Below are positions 11,575-25,860 of a DNA stretch of 64,000 bases, in pieces. Numbering within the stretch: the stretch's first letter is position 1; every line of letters begins with the position of its first letter. The stretch spans positions 6,882,001 to 6,946,000 of the forward strand of contig OZ024759.1 in assembly GCA_964016885.1 (NCBI GenBank). The letters are read 5' to 3'. The DNA comes from Eledone cirrhosa (taxonomy: Eukaryota). The notes under the pieces were generated by a model, which made no database searches, had not been told where the DNA came from, and saw only the letters and a program-made list of their open reading frames with translations. Both the position numbers and the translations under genes were made by a program.

Positions 11575-14272
11575 ATGAATAAACTCACCACTCTGGCATC
11601 ACTGAAGGACATCACATTACCGGGTAAAAGAGAATACACCAGGAATCTCACTAAGAGTACTGACTCCCTAATACGCAGGATGAGGTGGAGGGCTTAGCAC
11701 TTTGATAGAGGAAACCCCAATATTAATAACCAAAAAACCATGGAGTGCCTCTTCAGATCAAGAAGACCCCCGCCCCTCCCCCACAACAGACTATTGGAAG
11801 AGTTTGAGAACGAAATGATTGGCATCATTTCCAACATCAAATTTTCCAACCAACCATACCGGGGTTGAGAGTACCTTAGACGACTGGAAAATGGAATTAC
11901 CGAGCTTAAGGAATCTACAGGAATACTCGTCCATGCCGACAAAACCAACAACCTTTACAGCATGGACGTTCAACTTTACCATGAGCTAATCCTCAGGGAA
12001 TTGAGAAAAAGCTACAAAAAACGCCCGAGGCTACCCTGGAGGATATCAACATCAAGGCTTATGAGATCGTATCTGGTCTTGGTATAGATGATAGGACCTC
12101 CCCATACCAACCAAGGGAGCCGAGGATTACCATTAAAGACCACAAACCAAACTTCGAGTCTAACCTGCCGGTCAGACTCATAGCCCCCTCCCGGTCAGAC
12201 ATGGGGGTTATTAGTAAAAGCATTTTAGATAGGATCCTGTCCACACTTAAGAGTAAAATAAGGTTACAACTCTGGTCCTGCACCAGCCAGGTGCTGGACT
12301 GGTTTACATGTTTACCTGAAAAACATAGGACTAGCTTAATAGAACTAGACATCAACAATTACTACTCCTCTAGCTCGCCCATGGTCCTGAACAAGGCACT
12401 CATATTCGCCATGAATAGGACAGACCTAACACGCGACGAGGTCCGAATCATACACGCCACCAGAAAGACCCTGATCCGATTCGGTGGGGACATATGGAAC
12501 CGGAGCGACTGGCCAAATAATTTTGACATTACAATGGGCTCCAGTGACTCCGCGCAGCTAACGGACTTAGTTGGGATATACATACTCTACGAGATCAGGA
12601 GAGAAATACCCAACCTGGGTGGGGGGCTTTACCGAGACGACGCACTCTTCACCATAGTGGACCACAGCACCACAATGGTCGAAAATATGAAGAGGAGAAT
12701 TAGGCACTTCTTTAGCAAGGTAGGACTCAAGGTAGAGATGGACCCCAATAGAAAAGTAGTGAATTTCCTGGACACCACCCTCAATCTCAACACCAAGCTA
12801 CACCACCCATAGCATAAACCCAATGAGAAGCTGGTGTATATCAACGCTGGGTCTAATCACCCTAGATCTATAGTTAAGGCCGTAGTTAAGAGTGTCTCTG
12901 ACAGATCTCTAACTTGTCGGCCAATAAAGAGATCTTCAATAGTAACGCTGATTACTATAACTCAGCGCTAGCTAAGGCGTCCCACAGCGATGGGATCAGC
13001 TATAACTCTAAGGGACATGATCGAGATGACCCAAGGGTACCCCGGACCAATACCCTCAGGGGCATGAGTCGCCCACCTAATACCTCGGTGACCAGTAGTA
13101 ACACTCCCAGACCCCTATCCGTCACCACCCCCGGTAGAAGGTCCCGCATACCCCACCGGTCTAATACCTACAACGCTGAAGACTACTGTGCTGCGGAGTA
13201 TAGGCACCCCTGCACCGGCCCCACCACCCGCCGAACCCTAATTGAGCAGGGAAGCCGCACCTCGCAGGTTTATAGCCCCACGGTAGGCCCATATAACCCT
13301 CATGATAGTGACCGCTCCGCACACCCGAGTGATAGCAACCGAGCTCGACCTGAGCTGTGCACAACCACGCGATGGCCCACGGCGGACACCCAACAACCCC
13401 GCAAGAATAGGACCAGGAAGGTCACATGGTATAACCCTCCGTACTCGGTGGGTCTACGTACCAGCCTGGCTAGAACATTCTTTAGAGTACTGGATAAATG
13501 TTTCCCTAGGGCCCACAAGTACCATAAAATATTCAACAGGCACACGGTGAAACTTTCCTACTCAACCACACGCTCCGTAGCCCAGCACATAGCTGGCATA
13601 AATAGGAATAGGCTCACTGCCTCTAATACCACCGTAAACCCTGGAGCCACCCAACAGAACCAGCACGCGGGTCGCAACGGAACCGGGACAGGCCCAACTA
13701 GCACACCGGAACCCAACGACCCTGTGCTGATTACGGAGGCTACCCAGCCAACCCTGAGTGATGGTAACCACGCGGTACATGTGGTGGGGCTTAAGAAATC
13801 ATGTAATTGCAGAGACCCATCACTATGCCCCCTTAGTAATGAATGCATGACGAAAAACGTGGTCTACAGGTGCAAGGTCACAACCCCTAACTCGGAGCAC
13901 CACTACATAGGATCCACAGCGACGAGCTTCAAAGATCGGTGGTATAACCATCGCCATTCCTTTAACAGAATAGATAAGAGGAAATGTACGGCCCTTTCTG
14001 AATTGATCTGGAAGCTCAAACTTGAAAAGACCCCGCACTCTCTGGTCTGGTCCGTGGTTAGAAAGGTTCCCCCAGACAGAGGCGGGTCTGGTATTTGCAA
14101 CCTCTGTCTTAGTGAGACACTCGAGATTCTTCATGGCGGAACCAAGCTATTAAACAGAAAGGGAAGATTTATTCGGTGCCTGCAGACACCTAAGGACGGG
14201 AACTTTCCTCAAGCTATATGGATAAACCCCGGTTATGGCCTCCCACAACGCCCCCCCCCCCCCCCCCTGTAG
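11575..14272 (+). pseudogene. PLE RT-GIY-YIG ORF with stops and frameshifts
   Basis: ATG at 11575; stops near 11695, 11867 and 12810; frameshift near 12020; ORF-track pieces 12201..12812 and 12914..14272. Confidence 0.85.
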
Positions 14273-15325
14273 GTCCCCTACACCCCGTACCAATGACCAA
14301 TGGACAACAACAACCACCCATAGTTTTGTGGTCCCTATGGTGGATGGTCCACCGGATCCTCTACTGGTTAGGAGTCATCTAAACCACGTTTTATTGAACC
14401 TGATTTTATATATATATGTATATATGTATCATGTGTATATATATATGTATTTTATATGTGTATATATGTGTACTTTATATATATGTATGTGTGTATATGT
14501 ATATATTTTATATATGTATGTATATGTATGTGTATTTTATATATATATGTATGTTTTATGTGTGTGTGTGTGTATTTTATGTATGTGTGTATTTTATGTA
14601 TATATATATTTTTTATATTTTTATATGTATATATTATATATATATGTATGTTCTGTGTATATATGTATATATTTTATATATATGTATGCTTGTGCGTATA
14701 TACATGCATACGTGTATATATATATACACACCTGTATGGATTTATGTGTGAGTGTCTGAGGGGGTAGATGTGAGTGCATGTACATGTCAACCAGCATAAA
14801 CCTTTTATTTCTAAATTTTCTAAACTATCTAAGTATTGGACTCTAACCATTATATTAAGTATTACCACCCCACATTTTGTATGTGTGGATGTGTGTGTGT
14901 GTGTCTGTGGAGGTGGGTGTGAGTGTAGTGCAAGCCAACCTACATAAGTCTTTTTATTTGTAAATGTTCTACTCCAACCATAAATTTCAGTAGCAACACT
15001 CCCCATAAATTCCTCAATTTAAGAATGACCTGTAGTATCTATTCATACTATTAACCTTAATTGAATATATATCTGACCAGGAATGCCTTTTGTGAAAATC
15101 AGTCATATGGAACTATTGTCATCTTGCCTGACGGTTTGAACTTTACAACACCACCTGCCTCTTTGAGGTCAAATACCAACCCTACTACCATCTACAAACT
15201 GACCAATGAGAATCAAGACTATTCCTGCTGACAACATTAAATTATTCCTAACAAGCTCATATGCCCCAAGGCTCTGATACCATCAACACTATAAACACAG
15301 AGCTGGCATATCTAAGAACTGACTA

Positions 15326-15381
15326 ACTGCCTGATGAGGTCATAGCCATTCAATGGCTATCATCGAAATATATATAGCAGT
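15326..15381 (+). ncRNA. Hammerhead ribozyme at the PLE 3' end
   Basis: actgc-CTGATGA-ggtc-atagcca(ttcaa)tggctat-catc-GAAA-tatata-TA-gcagt. Confidence 0.9.
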
Positions 15382-15837
15382 AAATAAAGGATTATGAATT
15401 CATGTAATTGACTTATGTTTCGTCACTATATATATATATATATAAATTAGAATTGGTGCTCTGAAATAGCGATATATATATGAATGTATATATAGTGTAT
15501 TTTGCAATACATTGTGTGCTTAATTAAAAGCATTTTGAAGACCATACGCTTTTGTTTTAAAGTAGCTACATTGTCGCTTACTTAAATATTTGGCAGACAG
15601 GGGAGAGAGGTTGATAGTTCTGTTTCGTACTATTTGGTACTTATCAAAACTCACTACTCTCCCCATCTGACGAACATTATGTGTGTTAGATTCTTATAGA
15701 ATTCCAGTAACAATCAGGAACTGATTTTACAAAACGGTCACCGGCCCAGCAGAAATTGAAAATTAGAATTGGTGCTCTGAAATATACATTCATATATATA
15801 TCGCTATTTCAGACACCAATTCTAATTTTCAATTTCT

Positions 15838-17615
15838 GGTCATGAAGGTTACAGAAAAAGTAATAGCGCAACTAATCAGAGAGCGAATTGATCTAGCTGA
15901 AATGCAGTTCGGGTTTGTGTCAGGTAAAAGTACCTCAGATGCTCTTTTCATTGTACAACTACAGGAAAAGTACCTAGCTAAAAGTAAAACCCTATACTTA
16001 GCTTTCTTTGACTTGGAGAAAGCCTTTGACAGAGTCCCCCGCTCCATTATCTGGTGAGCTCTTAGAAAACTAGGTGTAGATGAATGGCTTGTGAGAGCTA
16101 TACAAGCCATGTATAAAGAAACAGTCAGCAAGGTTAGAATTAACAACGAATATAGTGAAGAGTTTAGCGTAAAAGTTGGTGTTCATCAAGGCTCCGTCCT
16201 TAGCCCCCTCCTATTTATTATCGCCCTCCAGTCTATAACAGAGGAGTTCAAGACCGGCTGCCCATTGGAACTTCTATACGCAGATGATCTAACGCTCATA
16301 GTCGAATCAATGGCTGAACTAGAGAAGAAATTCCAAACATGGAAGCATGGCCTAGACTCAAAAAGCCTTAATATTAACTTGTCTAAGACTAACGTTCTAG
16401 TATGTAGGAAGGAAAATAGGGCACTGGTCTCATCTGGGAAATGGCCATGCTCAGTGTGTAGGAAAGGAGTAGGCAGAAACTCCATTTTATGTCCCAAATG
16501 CAAAGTATGGGTGCATAAATAATGTAGTGGGATCACAGGTAAGCTAACTAAGAATATAAATTTTATATGTGGCCGGTGCTCTTGTGCAATAAGTAGCAGC
16601 AAGTGCCCACAGAATACTAGCTCATTCCATTGCCCAGATGGTTCTATAGAAATAGTGGACACCTTCCGTTACCTAGGTGACAAAATCAGCAGTGGTGGAG
16701 AGTGTTCTAAAAGTACAGTAGCTTGAGTCAGAACGGGATGGAAAAAGTTCAGAGAGCTTATACCACTATTGGCCACTAAAGGTTTCTCTCTAAAAATGAA
16801 TGGCGGGCTGTATGATGCCTGCAAACGAACGGAGATGTTACATGGCAGTGAGACCTGGGCATTGTGTGCAGAGGATATACGCAGACAGGAGAGGAACGAA
16901 GCTTGCATGCTCCGTTGGATGTGTAATAGTAATATACGTGAACGGCAAAGCATAAATGAACTAAGTGAGAAATTAGGAATAAGAGAGATCAGATGCTGTT
17001 TACTCGAGAGAAGACTACGTTGGTATGGTCACGTGATGCGCATGAAAGACGACAGCTGTATAAAAAAGTGCAGGGCGATCAAAATAGACGGTAGCCACGG
17101 AGTAGGCAGACCCAGAAAAACCTGGGACGACTTGATAAATTCCGACCTCACACACTTACACCTCTCCAAGACAATGTCACTGGACCGAGATCTTTGGCGC
17201 TACGCAGTAATACAGAAGACCCGCCTTGCTTATGTACAAAGCGAAACCTACAGTCAGTAGGCACCTCCTAACCAAAAATACATCCCCGTACCCCTACCCC
17301 CACCCCCATCTACACCACCCCTTTCGATGTAAAGTTATGTTGGTACCACAACATCCAGTCCTAAATAAATGAGGTCGTGTAGGTATCACGACAAAAAAAA
17401 ACACACAGTCCACGCTGTAATATGGCCGTGTAGGTAACACGGTAAAAACCTCCCAGTCCACACTGTAAACGTGGTTGGTGTTAGGAAGGGCATCCAGCCG
17501 TAGAAAACCCGCCAGACAGTCCTGAGCAATACAACCAATCTTGCCTCAAGTGGGACATTTCCCGTCCAAACCCATGCTAGCGTGGAAGATGGACGTTAAA
17601 CGATGATGATGATGA
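15838..17615 (+). mobile_element. 5'-truncated RTE-type LINE (RT, Cys-rich finger, 3' UTR, (GAT)n tail)
   Basis: MQFGF, DLEKAFDRVP, GVHQGSVLSP, LLYADD, WPCSVCRKG...CPKC, RLRWYGHV; ends ttaaacgatgatgatgat. Confidence 0.9.
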
Positions 17616-17708
17616 TTATATATATATATATATATAAGCGGAACAAGTAAACATTAAACAATCTTTCAAATAAATTAAAATACGATTTAAATATTTACCT
17701 CTTCTAGT

Positions 17709-17788
17709 GCCATGACCGACGGTTTCGCTTATCAAAAGATTGGAAATTCAGAGAATTTCCAATGGAAATATATAGCTCTTCAGATAGC
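17709..17788 (-). ncRNA. Hammerhead ribozyme with extended stem II
   Basis: Reverse complement: gctat-CTGAAGA-gct...attggaaattc(tct)gaatttccaat...agc-GAAA-ccgtcgg-TC-atggc. Confidence 0.78.
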
Positions 17789-17984
17789 TTTTCCAAATCT
17801 ACTAGACATAAGTCCGTATAGATGTAGATATATCACCCTCTGCCCAGTGAATGAATCAAGCCGTTAAAATGACCCACACACTTATTGGACCGTTAGAAAA
17901 AGTGGGAATTATAGACTCGCTGATATTTCATGCATGCATATATATATATAAGAATAGAGGTGTAACACACAAGTTATTATATAT

Positions 17985-18295
17985 CGGTAAACGGAATAGA
18001 AAATGCTGATAAATTGTTCGCAGTGAAAAATAGTTTAATTAGGAATAAATGAGAATTAGTAATTGTATTGGTTAGTATTCAGTTTTGGTTTTAAGTTTTA
18101 CTCTAATCAGAGCAAACATCACGGACGCTCTATCTCAAAATTATTTTTGAAAAGCATTTAGAAATGCGCAACCGGTAAAACTTAAAACCAAAACTGAATA
18201 CTAACCAATACAATTACTAATTCTCATTTATTCCTAATTAAACTATTTTTCACTGTGAACAATTTTTCAGCATTTTCTATTCCGTTTCCCAATAT
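17985..18295. repeat. Fold-back of the pseudo-LTR of the 28471-31130 PLE family
   Basis: 17985-18100 mirrors 18176-18290; variant HHR at 18144-18180. Confidence 0.85.
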
Positions 18296-18714
18296 ATATA
18301 TATATATTAAAATAACAGATTAAAGTTTAAGCAAAGAATCGCTGCTTTCACCCTTAACGGGATCTTCTGAAACTAAAAAAAAACAATCTGTGAACGCAGA
18401 AGTAAATATTTCGAAAAACGTTGCAACCGAAGGAAAACAAGAAGACGATACTTTGGTTCGTGAAGACGTTCCCTGGCAATAAACGGAAAAAAGCGAAGAT
18501 AATACGTCGTTATGTGGAGCGGTAAGAACATTTACACGCAAAGGAAAAACCACGTTTATGGTATAAATGGAGTCATTAGACTAATATTCTATTCACCAAA
18601 CCGAATGCTTTAGATTCAAGAATAATGTAAATAAATTAGTAGAACGAAAATGACAGAGGTTATTAAAATCATAAAAGTAATAATAATTAAATATATACAT
18701 ACACACATTTAGCA

Positions 18715-19998
18715 TAGGAATTTAACATACAGGTCGGTGTCCACCAGGGCTCTGTTCTTAACCCTCTCCTGTTTATTATCATATTGTAGGCAATAACGGA
18801 GGAGTTTAAGACCGGATGCCCAGGGGAACTCCTGTATGCAGATGACCTCCCACTTATAGCTGAATCTATGGTAGAACTAGAAAAGAAATTCCAAACATGG
18901 AAGCAGGGACTAGAAAGAAAGGGTCTCAAAGTCAACCTGACAAAGACTAAGGTCCTCATAAGTAGACGAGAAAACAGAACCCAGATCCCCTCAGGGGAAT
19001 GGCCTTGCCAGTGTGTAGGAACTCCATCCTCTGCTCCAAATGCAAACAATGGGTACACAAGAGATGTAGCGGGATCTCAGGAAGTCTAGTCAAGAATGTA
19101 GGCTTTACATGTAGCAGCTGTGCAGGGACAGCAAGCAGCAAACGGCCACAGGAAACAAGCACCACCAAACTCTTGGAGGGCTCTGTAGAAACAGTAGACA
19201 GCTTCTGCTACCTAGGTGACTGAATTGGCAGCGGAGGTGGGTGTTCTGAATATACAATAACTAGGGTAAGAACGGGATGGAAGAAGTTCAGGGAGCTACT
19301 GCCACTGCTAGCTGCAAAAGGCTTTTCCCTCAAAATGAAAGGCAGACTGTATGATGCGTGTATACAAACAGCAATGTTACATGGTAGTGAGACCTGGGCG
19401 CTGTCTGTAGAAGACTTGTGTAGATTAGAAAGAAACGAAGCCTGCATGCTCTGATGGATGTGTAATAGTAATATACGCGAACGGCAAAGTATAAACGAAT
19501 TGAGGGAGAGTCTGAGCATAAGAGGTATCAAATGCTGTGTGCAGGAGAGGCGGTTGCGTTGGTATAGACATGTGATGCGTATGAAGGATGACAGCTGCAT
19601 AAAAAGGTGCAAAGCACTAGAAGTCGATGGAAGCCGCGGAGTGGGGAAACCCAAGAAGACCCGGGATGAGGTGATAAAAGCCGACCTTACCCAATTGCAC
19701 CTCTCAAAGGCGATGACACACGACCCGACTCCCCACAGGTACAAGCCGAAGCGGAAGCACATAGACAATATGCCCCCACCCCTCCCACTGTAAAATGGAC
19801 GTGTAGGTCCCACGGCAAAAAAGCACCCAGCCGACACTGTAAATGAGGTTGGTGTTAGGCAGGGCATCCAGCTGTATAAATCAAGCCAGAATCAGTTCCC
19901 ATATGAGCAAGACATGGTAAGCCGACCAGGCACTGCCCATAACAAGACAACCCGTCTAACCCATGCTAGCTTGGAAGAATTGACGTAAAACGGTGATA
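18715..19998 (+). mobile_element. 5'-truncated RTE-type LINE, decayed, lying between the inverted arms 18305-18430 and 20140-20260
   Basis: GVHQGSVL, LYADD, RLRWYRHV; 3' end ccatgctagcttggaagaattgacgtaaaacggtgat. Confidence 0.88.
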
Positions 19999-20564
19999 AT
20001 GACACATCTATATACATACATACACGTGCATATGCGAAAATACACGCTATGCATGCATATACATGCACTTACGCATAAACACGCGCCCACGTTGCAACGT
20101 TTTTCACAAACCAAAATAGCGTCTTTCTCTTTTCTTTCGGCTGCAACGTTTTTCAAAATATTTACTCCTGTGTTCACAGATTGATTTTTTTAGTTTCAGA
20201 AGATCCCGTGAAGGGCGAAAGCAGCGATTCTTTGCTTAAACTTTAATCTGTTATTTTAATAAATATTTGCTCTACGATTCTTATATATTTGATATATATT
20301 TATCCTTATCGAGCCCTCTTTAGACTATACGCTTCACATTTATTATTACTATATGTATATATATATAAATAATATATATATAAATAATATATATATAAAT
20401 AATATTAGTAAATGTAAAATATCTTTATATAACCATATTTATTTTATTATACATATTTCAATTATTATACTCCAGAATAAAACTGTTGAGTGCTTCTAAT
20501 CTGTTATAAATTGACTTTGTTGAATAATCAACAAAACAAATAGCTCATTGTTTATATATATACA

Positions 20565-20632
<68 letters not shown>

Positions 20633-20642
20633 TATATACATA

Positions 20643-21510
20643 TATTGTTATACTTTGGGAGGGTCATGTTGCCAATAAGAAACACACGCACCAGTTGTTT
20701 TCACTTCAATTTATTATAATAAATTTATAATAAATTTATAAATTTCTGGTTGGTTGGTTGGTTCCACAACCAGATAGTTGTTTATATATTGTCATAGTCC
20801 TTTCGTCACACACTCTGTGACTTCTTCAGTGACTGGGATTCCTTTCTTTGTTTCTGTGCCTCTCCTTTGTTCTGTCCTACGCCATTTTGTTTCTGTGTGT
20901 GTTGTGTGCTCAGTCTGCGCATGCGCCACATCCGGGTGTCTGTGTGTGTTTATGTTCCTTTATTTATTTGTTTATTTACATGTTACTGGTTGGTTGTTTG
21001 TTCTATGTGTGTGTGTGTTTTCATTTTGACCTTAATTGTAAGTTGTGATGTTGCTGTTCCACTCATATTTTCTATTTAATTTTGGTTGTAATTCTTTTAT
21101 GTTTATTGCCTCTGTAATTTGTCCAAACATTGCGTCTTTTCTGTGTGTAGATTCTATTTTTATTTCTATGTTCTCTAATTTACCCTTGTGTTCTATTTTA
21201 GCATGTTGGTAGAGTACAGATGATTCTTTATTATCTTGAAGGTCTCGCCAGTGTTCATTTATCCGTTCTCCTACACTACGAGCTGTTTCACCTATGTACA
21301 CTATATTTTTGTCTCTACGTTGTCCTTCAGTACATCTTATGCTATACACTACATTTCTAGTTTTGCAGTTAATATGGAGGCTTATTTTACAGGTTATACA
21401 TTTCTTATCTATACATGAGGGTCTTTGAAAAGGGTATGTCTTGCGTCTTGATTCAACACACGATTTCAGATAAAGAATCTTGCTAAACAAATTCAGAAAC
21501 GAAATATATA
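20643..21510 (-). mobile_element. 5'-truncated PLE: GIY-YIG endonuclease, 3' UTR with HHR and a short inverted tail (21450-21510)
   Basis: ORF 21032..21544: CKTRNVVYSIRC...YIGETARSVGERINEH...EAINIKELQPKLNRK; HHR ~200 nt downstream of the stop. Confidence 0.9.
20791..20833 (-). ncRNA. Hammerhead ribozyme in the PLE 3' UTR
   Basis: Reverse complement: gtca-CTGAAGA-a-gtcaca(gagtg)tgtgac-GAAA-ggac-TA-tgac. Confidence 0.85.
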
Positions 21511-21787
21511 CATATATATGTAAACTTTGATAACTTTGATACATTTCATTCAGTATTGGCCCAGGTCATGTCTAACTTAATAACACCACGTGGCGAAATC
21601 TTTCAAATCAGGATTTGGACACCATGGCCCACTCAATTAGAGTGTTATTGTTTACAGAGGCATATCTGGGTGTAGGAGGTTTATCCGGGATTTCTTGAAG
21701 GAATTTGTCCAACGTCTTCTTCAGCTTTATGAGGTCTGTTTCTGTTTTAATGTGTTTTGGTGTAATGTTAAAGAAGACAGGGCCAAT

Positions 21788-21845
<58 letters not shown>

Positions 21846-22044
21846 TTATAAATTTATAAATATATAAATATATAATAAATTGAAGTGAAAGCAACTGGTG
21901 CGTGTGTTTCTTATTGGCAACATGACCCTCCCAAAGTATAACAATATCGGTTTCAACACACGATTTCAGATAAAGAATCTTGCTAAACAAATTCAGAAAC
22001 GAAATATATATATATATATTTATAAATATATATATATATATAGC

Positions 22045-22082
<38 letters not shown>

Positions 22083-22602
22083 GGAACAACTAAGACCCCG
22101 ACGGCTGAGCTCAAGCCGTTTCGACGGCTAATTCTGGATATATAAATATATAAATAAGAGAGATGTTTTATTTCTACATCTTCTTATGTGTGTGTGTATG
22201 TATGTATATGAATATATGCATATATATATATATATATTTATGAATGTATATTGTGTGTGTATGTATATACACATATAAATAAAATACTTTACCACAGCAC
22301 TCTCGTGTTACCGTACTGTACTTTACGAGATATTCCACCGAGATTGCAAGAACCAATTAGCATTAAGGTTATTTTCTTGTACTTGTTATCTCCCTTTCAG
22401 TTGATATACAATACTATGAAATCACAACAGCGTCCCCTTCCACCCAACTTCCTGGCACCAACCCACCACCCCTTTAATGACCCCTAAAAACATAATCCAG
22501 GCCCACAACAACCACAACAATAATATTGTTTTAAAAATAACAGTAAAGTATCAGATCTGCTATTATCAGCTTCTTCATTGCATATACACACACACACACA
22601 CG

Positions 22603-22692
<90 letters not shown>

Positions 22693-22746
22693 TATATACA
22701 TATATATATATACATATACATATATACATATATACACATATATATA

Positions 22747-22777
<31 letters not shown>

Positions 22778-22809
22778 ATATATCATCATCACGTAAAATG
22801 TTGATGATG

Positions 22810-22858
<49 letters not shown>

Positions 22859-22934
22859 CATACATATATATATATATATCTATCATACATATATATACTT
22901 ATATATAAACATATTTATACATACATATATATAC

Positions 22935-22968
<34 letters not shown>

Positions 22969-22973
22969 GTGTG

Positions 22974-23073
<100 letters not shown>

Positions 23074-23322
23074 TATATGTATATAACCGCGGACGTAAAA
23101 TGATGATGATGATGATATATATATATAGATATACATATATGTTTATATATACATTTATATATATACATATGTATATATATGTATATATATATATATGTAT
23201 GTATATATATATATATATATATGTATATGTATGTATGTATATATATATATGTGTGTATGTATATATGTATGCATGTATATATATATGTGTGTATATATAT
23301 ATATGAATGTATATATAGTATA

Positions 23323-23363
<41 letters not shown>

Positions 23364-23394
23364 CTATATATAGATATATATACATATATATATG

Positions 23395-23481
<87 letters not shown>

Positions 23482-25860
23482 CATCATCATCATCATCATC
23501 ATTTTACGTCCGCTTTTCCCTGCTTGCAAGGGTAGGATGGGTCTTATTCAGCACAGCATCTCTCCACTCGTCACGGTCCTTCGTCATCTCCTTCGTGAGC
23601 TTCATCGATCTGAGGTCTGCTCTCACCACCTCCGCCCAAGTTTTTCGTGGTCTACCTCTACCACGTCTTCCTTCACCTGGCATTTCGTGGCACTTCTTCA
23701 CCCATGCTGGGTCGTTCACGCACATTGACATTGCACATCCAACGGAGCATGCTTGCCTCATTTCTCTCCAGCTGTCGCATATCCTCTACAGTTGCTGCCC
23801 AAGTCTCACTACCATCACACTCCTCACACAGGCATCATATAACCGGCCTTTCGTACGCAGGGAGAATCCCTTCTTCGTCAGCAGAGGAAGCAGCTCCCTA
23901 AACTTCTTCCAACCCGTCCTTATTCTAGATATATGGCCTCGGAACACTCCCCTCCCATGCTAATCCGATATCCTAGGTACCAGAAGGTATCAACCACTTC
24001 TATAGCACCCGCCTACATTTGAAAAATGTGTCTATCAATGCTACTTCTACTGTCTAATTTCCCTGTACATCTACTGCATACGTATTTCTCCCTACCTGTT
24101 AGTTTGCCTGCTATCCCACTACATCTCTTGTGTACCAAAGATCTGCATTGTGTGCATTTTATAGAATTTATGCCAGTTCCTTTTCTGCATATTGAACATG
24201 GCCATTTCCCTGACGGAATCAGAGTTTTATCCTCTTTTCTACTCATCAACACTTTTGTCTTAGCTATGTTCACTCTCAGTCCTCTTGATTCCAACTGCTG
24301 TTTCCATAGCCAGAATTTATTCTCTAGCTCCTCTACTGATTCTGCTATAAGAACCAGATCGTCAGCATAGGGAAGTTCTCATGGACAGCCAGTCTTAAAC
24401 TCCTCTGTTATGGCTTGGAGGACTATAATGAACAAGAGCGGGCTGAGGACCGAACCCTGATGTACTCCTACTTGTATCTGGAATTCCTCACTAAACTCCA
24501 TTCCTACCCTGACTTTACTGAGAGTACCTCTGTACAAAGTTTGCACTGTCCTCACAAGACATTCCTCAACACCTAGCTTCCTTAGGGATCACCAGATGAC
24601 AGATCGGGGTACCCTATCAAAGGCCTTCTCTAGGTCAACAAAGGCTAAGTATAGTGGCTTATTCTTCTCTAAGAACCTCTCTTGTAATTGTCTCACCAAG
24701 AAGAGGGCATCTGTTGTACTCTTCCCAGGCACAAAACCAAACTGCATCTCATCTACTTTGACCCTTTCTCTAATCAGTTGCGCTAATATACTTTCTGCCA
24801 CTTTCATAACCTGATCCATCAGTTTTATACCCCTATAATTTCTCCTCTCTAGAGCATCCCCTTTACCTTTGTAGCAATTTATGAGAATTCTGCTGCACCA
24901 GTCTTTGGGTATGACACCACCATATATAGCCTGATTGATGATGCGTGCAACTAGTTTAGTGCCTACGTCCCCTGATGCCTTCAGCAACTCAGCAACTATC
25001 CCTGACGGTCATCAACCTTACCTTTTTTCATTTCCTTAATCGCCTCTTGGACCCTATATTCGTCAATCTCAATACCTGGTCCCTCTGTCAGGTCTACTGA
25101 GGGTAATTTCTCTCTCTCCCATTCGTTCTCCACATTCATCAGTCTCTCATAATGACATTTCCAGGCCTGTTTTTTCTGATCATTCGTGACACTAAGTACA
25201 CCGGCATCATCTCGGACACATTTATCTCCAACAACATCCTGATTTTCATTGACACACTGCCTTGCAATGTGGAACACCGCACGCCTCTGATCTTCCCGTC
25301 GCAGAATATTGGCAAACCTCCTACTCTCAGCCTCCCTGCGTGCTAAGTACATGTGACATCTAGCTTCTCTCTTAGCGGCTGTATATCCTTCTCTACTCCC
25401 ACCCTTTTTCCAAGCCTTCCATGCTAGTCTTTTGTCTCTAATAGCCTTATCAACTGTGCTGTTCCACCACCAGGTCACTCTCTGTCTGGTTGGAGCTCTG
25501 CTCCAGTCGCAAGTTTAATCAGTAGCCTGCAGTAAGTTGCTCGATTAACCTATGCTGTGGGGTACATTCTTCCCCAGGGTATGCCTTGGTATTAGACACC
25601 ATCTGCCTGTCCCGCTGCCTAACTAGTAAGAAGTCATTCTGGCTTATGTGCTCGCCAGATTTGTAGGTTATTAGGTGGTTGGCAGGTTTCTGCAAGTTAG
25701 TGTTGCAAATAGTCAGTGTACTTCCATCACAAAATTCAAGAAGTCTCACTCCTTCTTCATTTCTTCAGCCGTAACCATGCCCACCATGTACCCTAGTGTA
25801 ACCATCCTGGAGCTGTCCAACATGACCATTGAAGTCCTCTGCTAGCATAATGATGTCTCC
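23482..25860 (-). mobile_element. Decayed RTE-type LINE (part of APE, RT, (GAT)n tail)
   Basis: NYRGIKL, MQFGF, DLEKAFDRVP, WPCSICRKG, GRPRKTW; (CAT)n at 23482-23500. Confidence 0.9.

Larger units (their letters stand above)
11389..15428 (+). mobile_element. Full-length Penelope-like element (RT plus C-terminal GIY-YIG) with ~42-nt terminal redundancy and a 3' HHR
   Basis: N-terminal SLKDITLP...IRRMRWRA, HADKT, LDINNYY, MGSSDS, LYRDD, NFLD, WYNPPYS, VVYRC...YIGSTATSFKDRWYNH, CNLCLSE; 11389-11432 repeats at 15385-15428. Confidence 0.92.

Noticed and set aside
11860-11870. In-frame TGA in the PLE ORF as possible selenocysteine
   Set aside because: The ORF also has TAG stops and a frameshift, so decay is the simpler explanation; no SECIS recognised
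15667-15690. CTGACGA followed by a short stem, inside the 15443-15838 inverted repeat
   Set aside because: No GAAA or closing stem I at the right spacing
20195-20232. CAGAAGA-tccc...gggc-GAAA hammerhead-like motif (mirror at ~18335-18372)
   Set aside because: Altered core and no convincing stem I or UH; used only to orient the inverted pair
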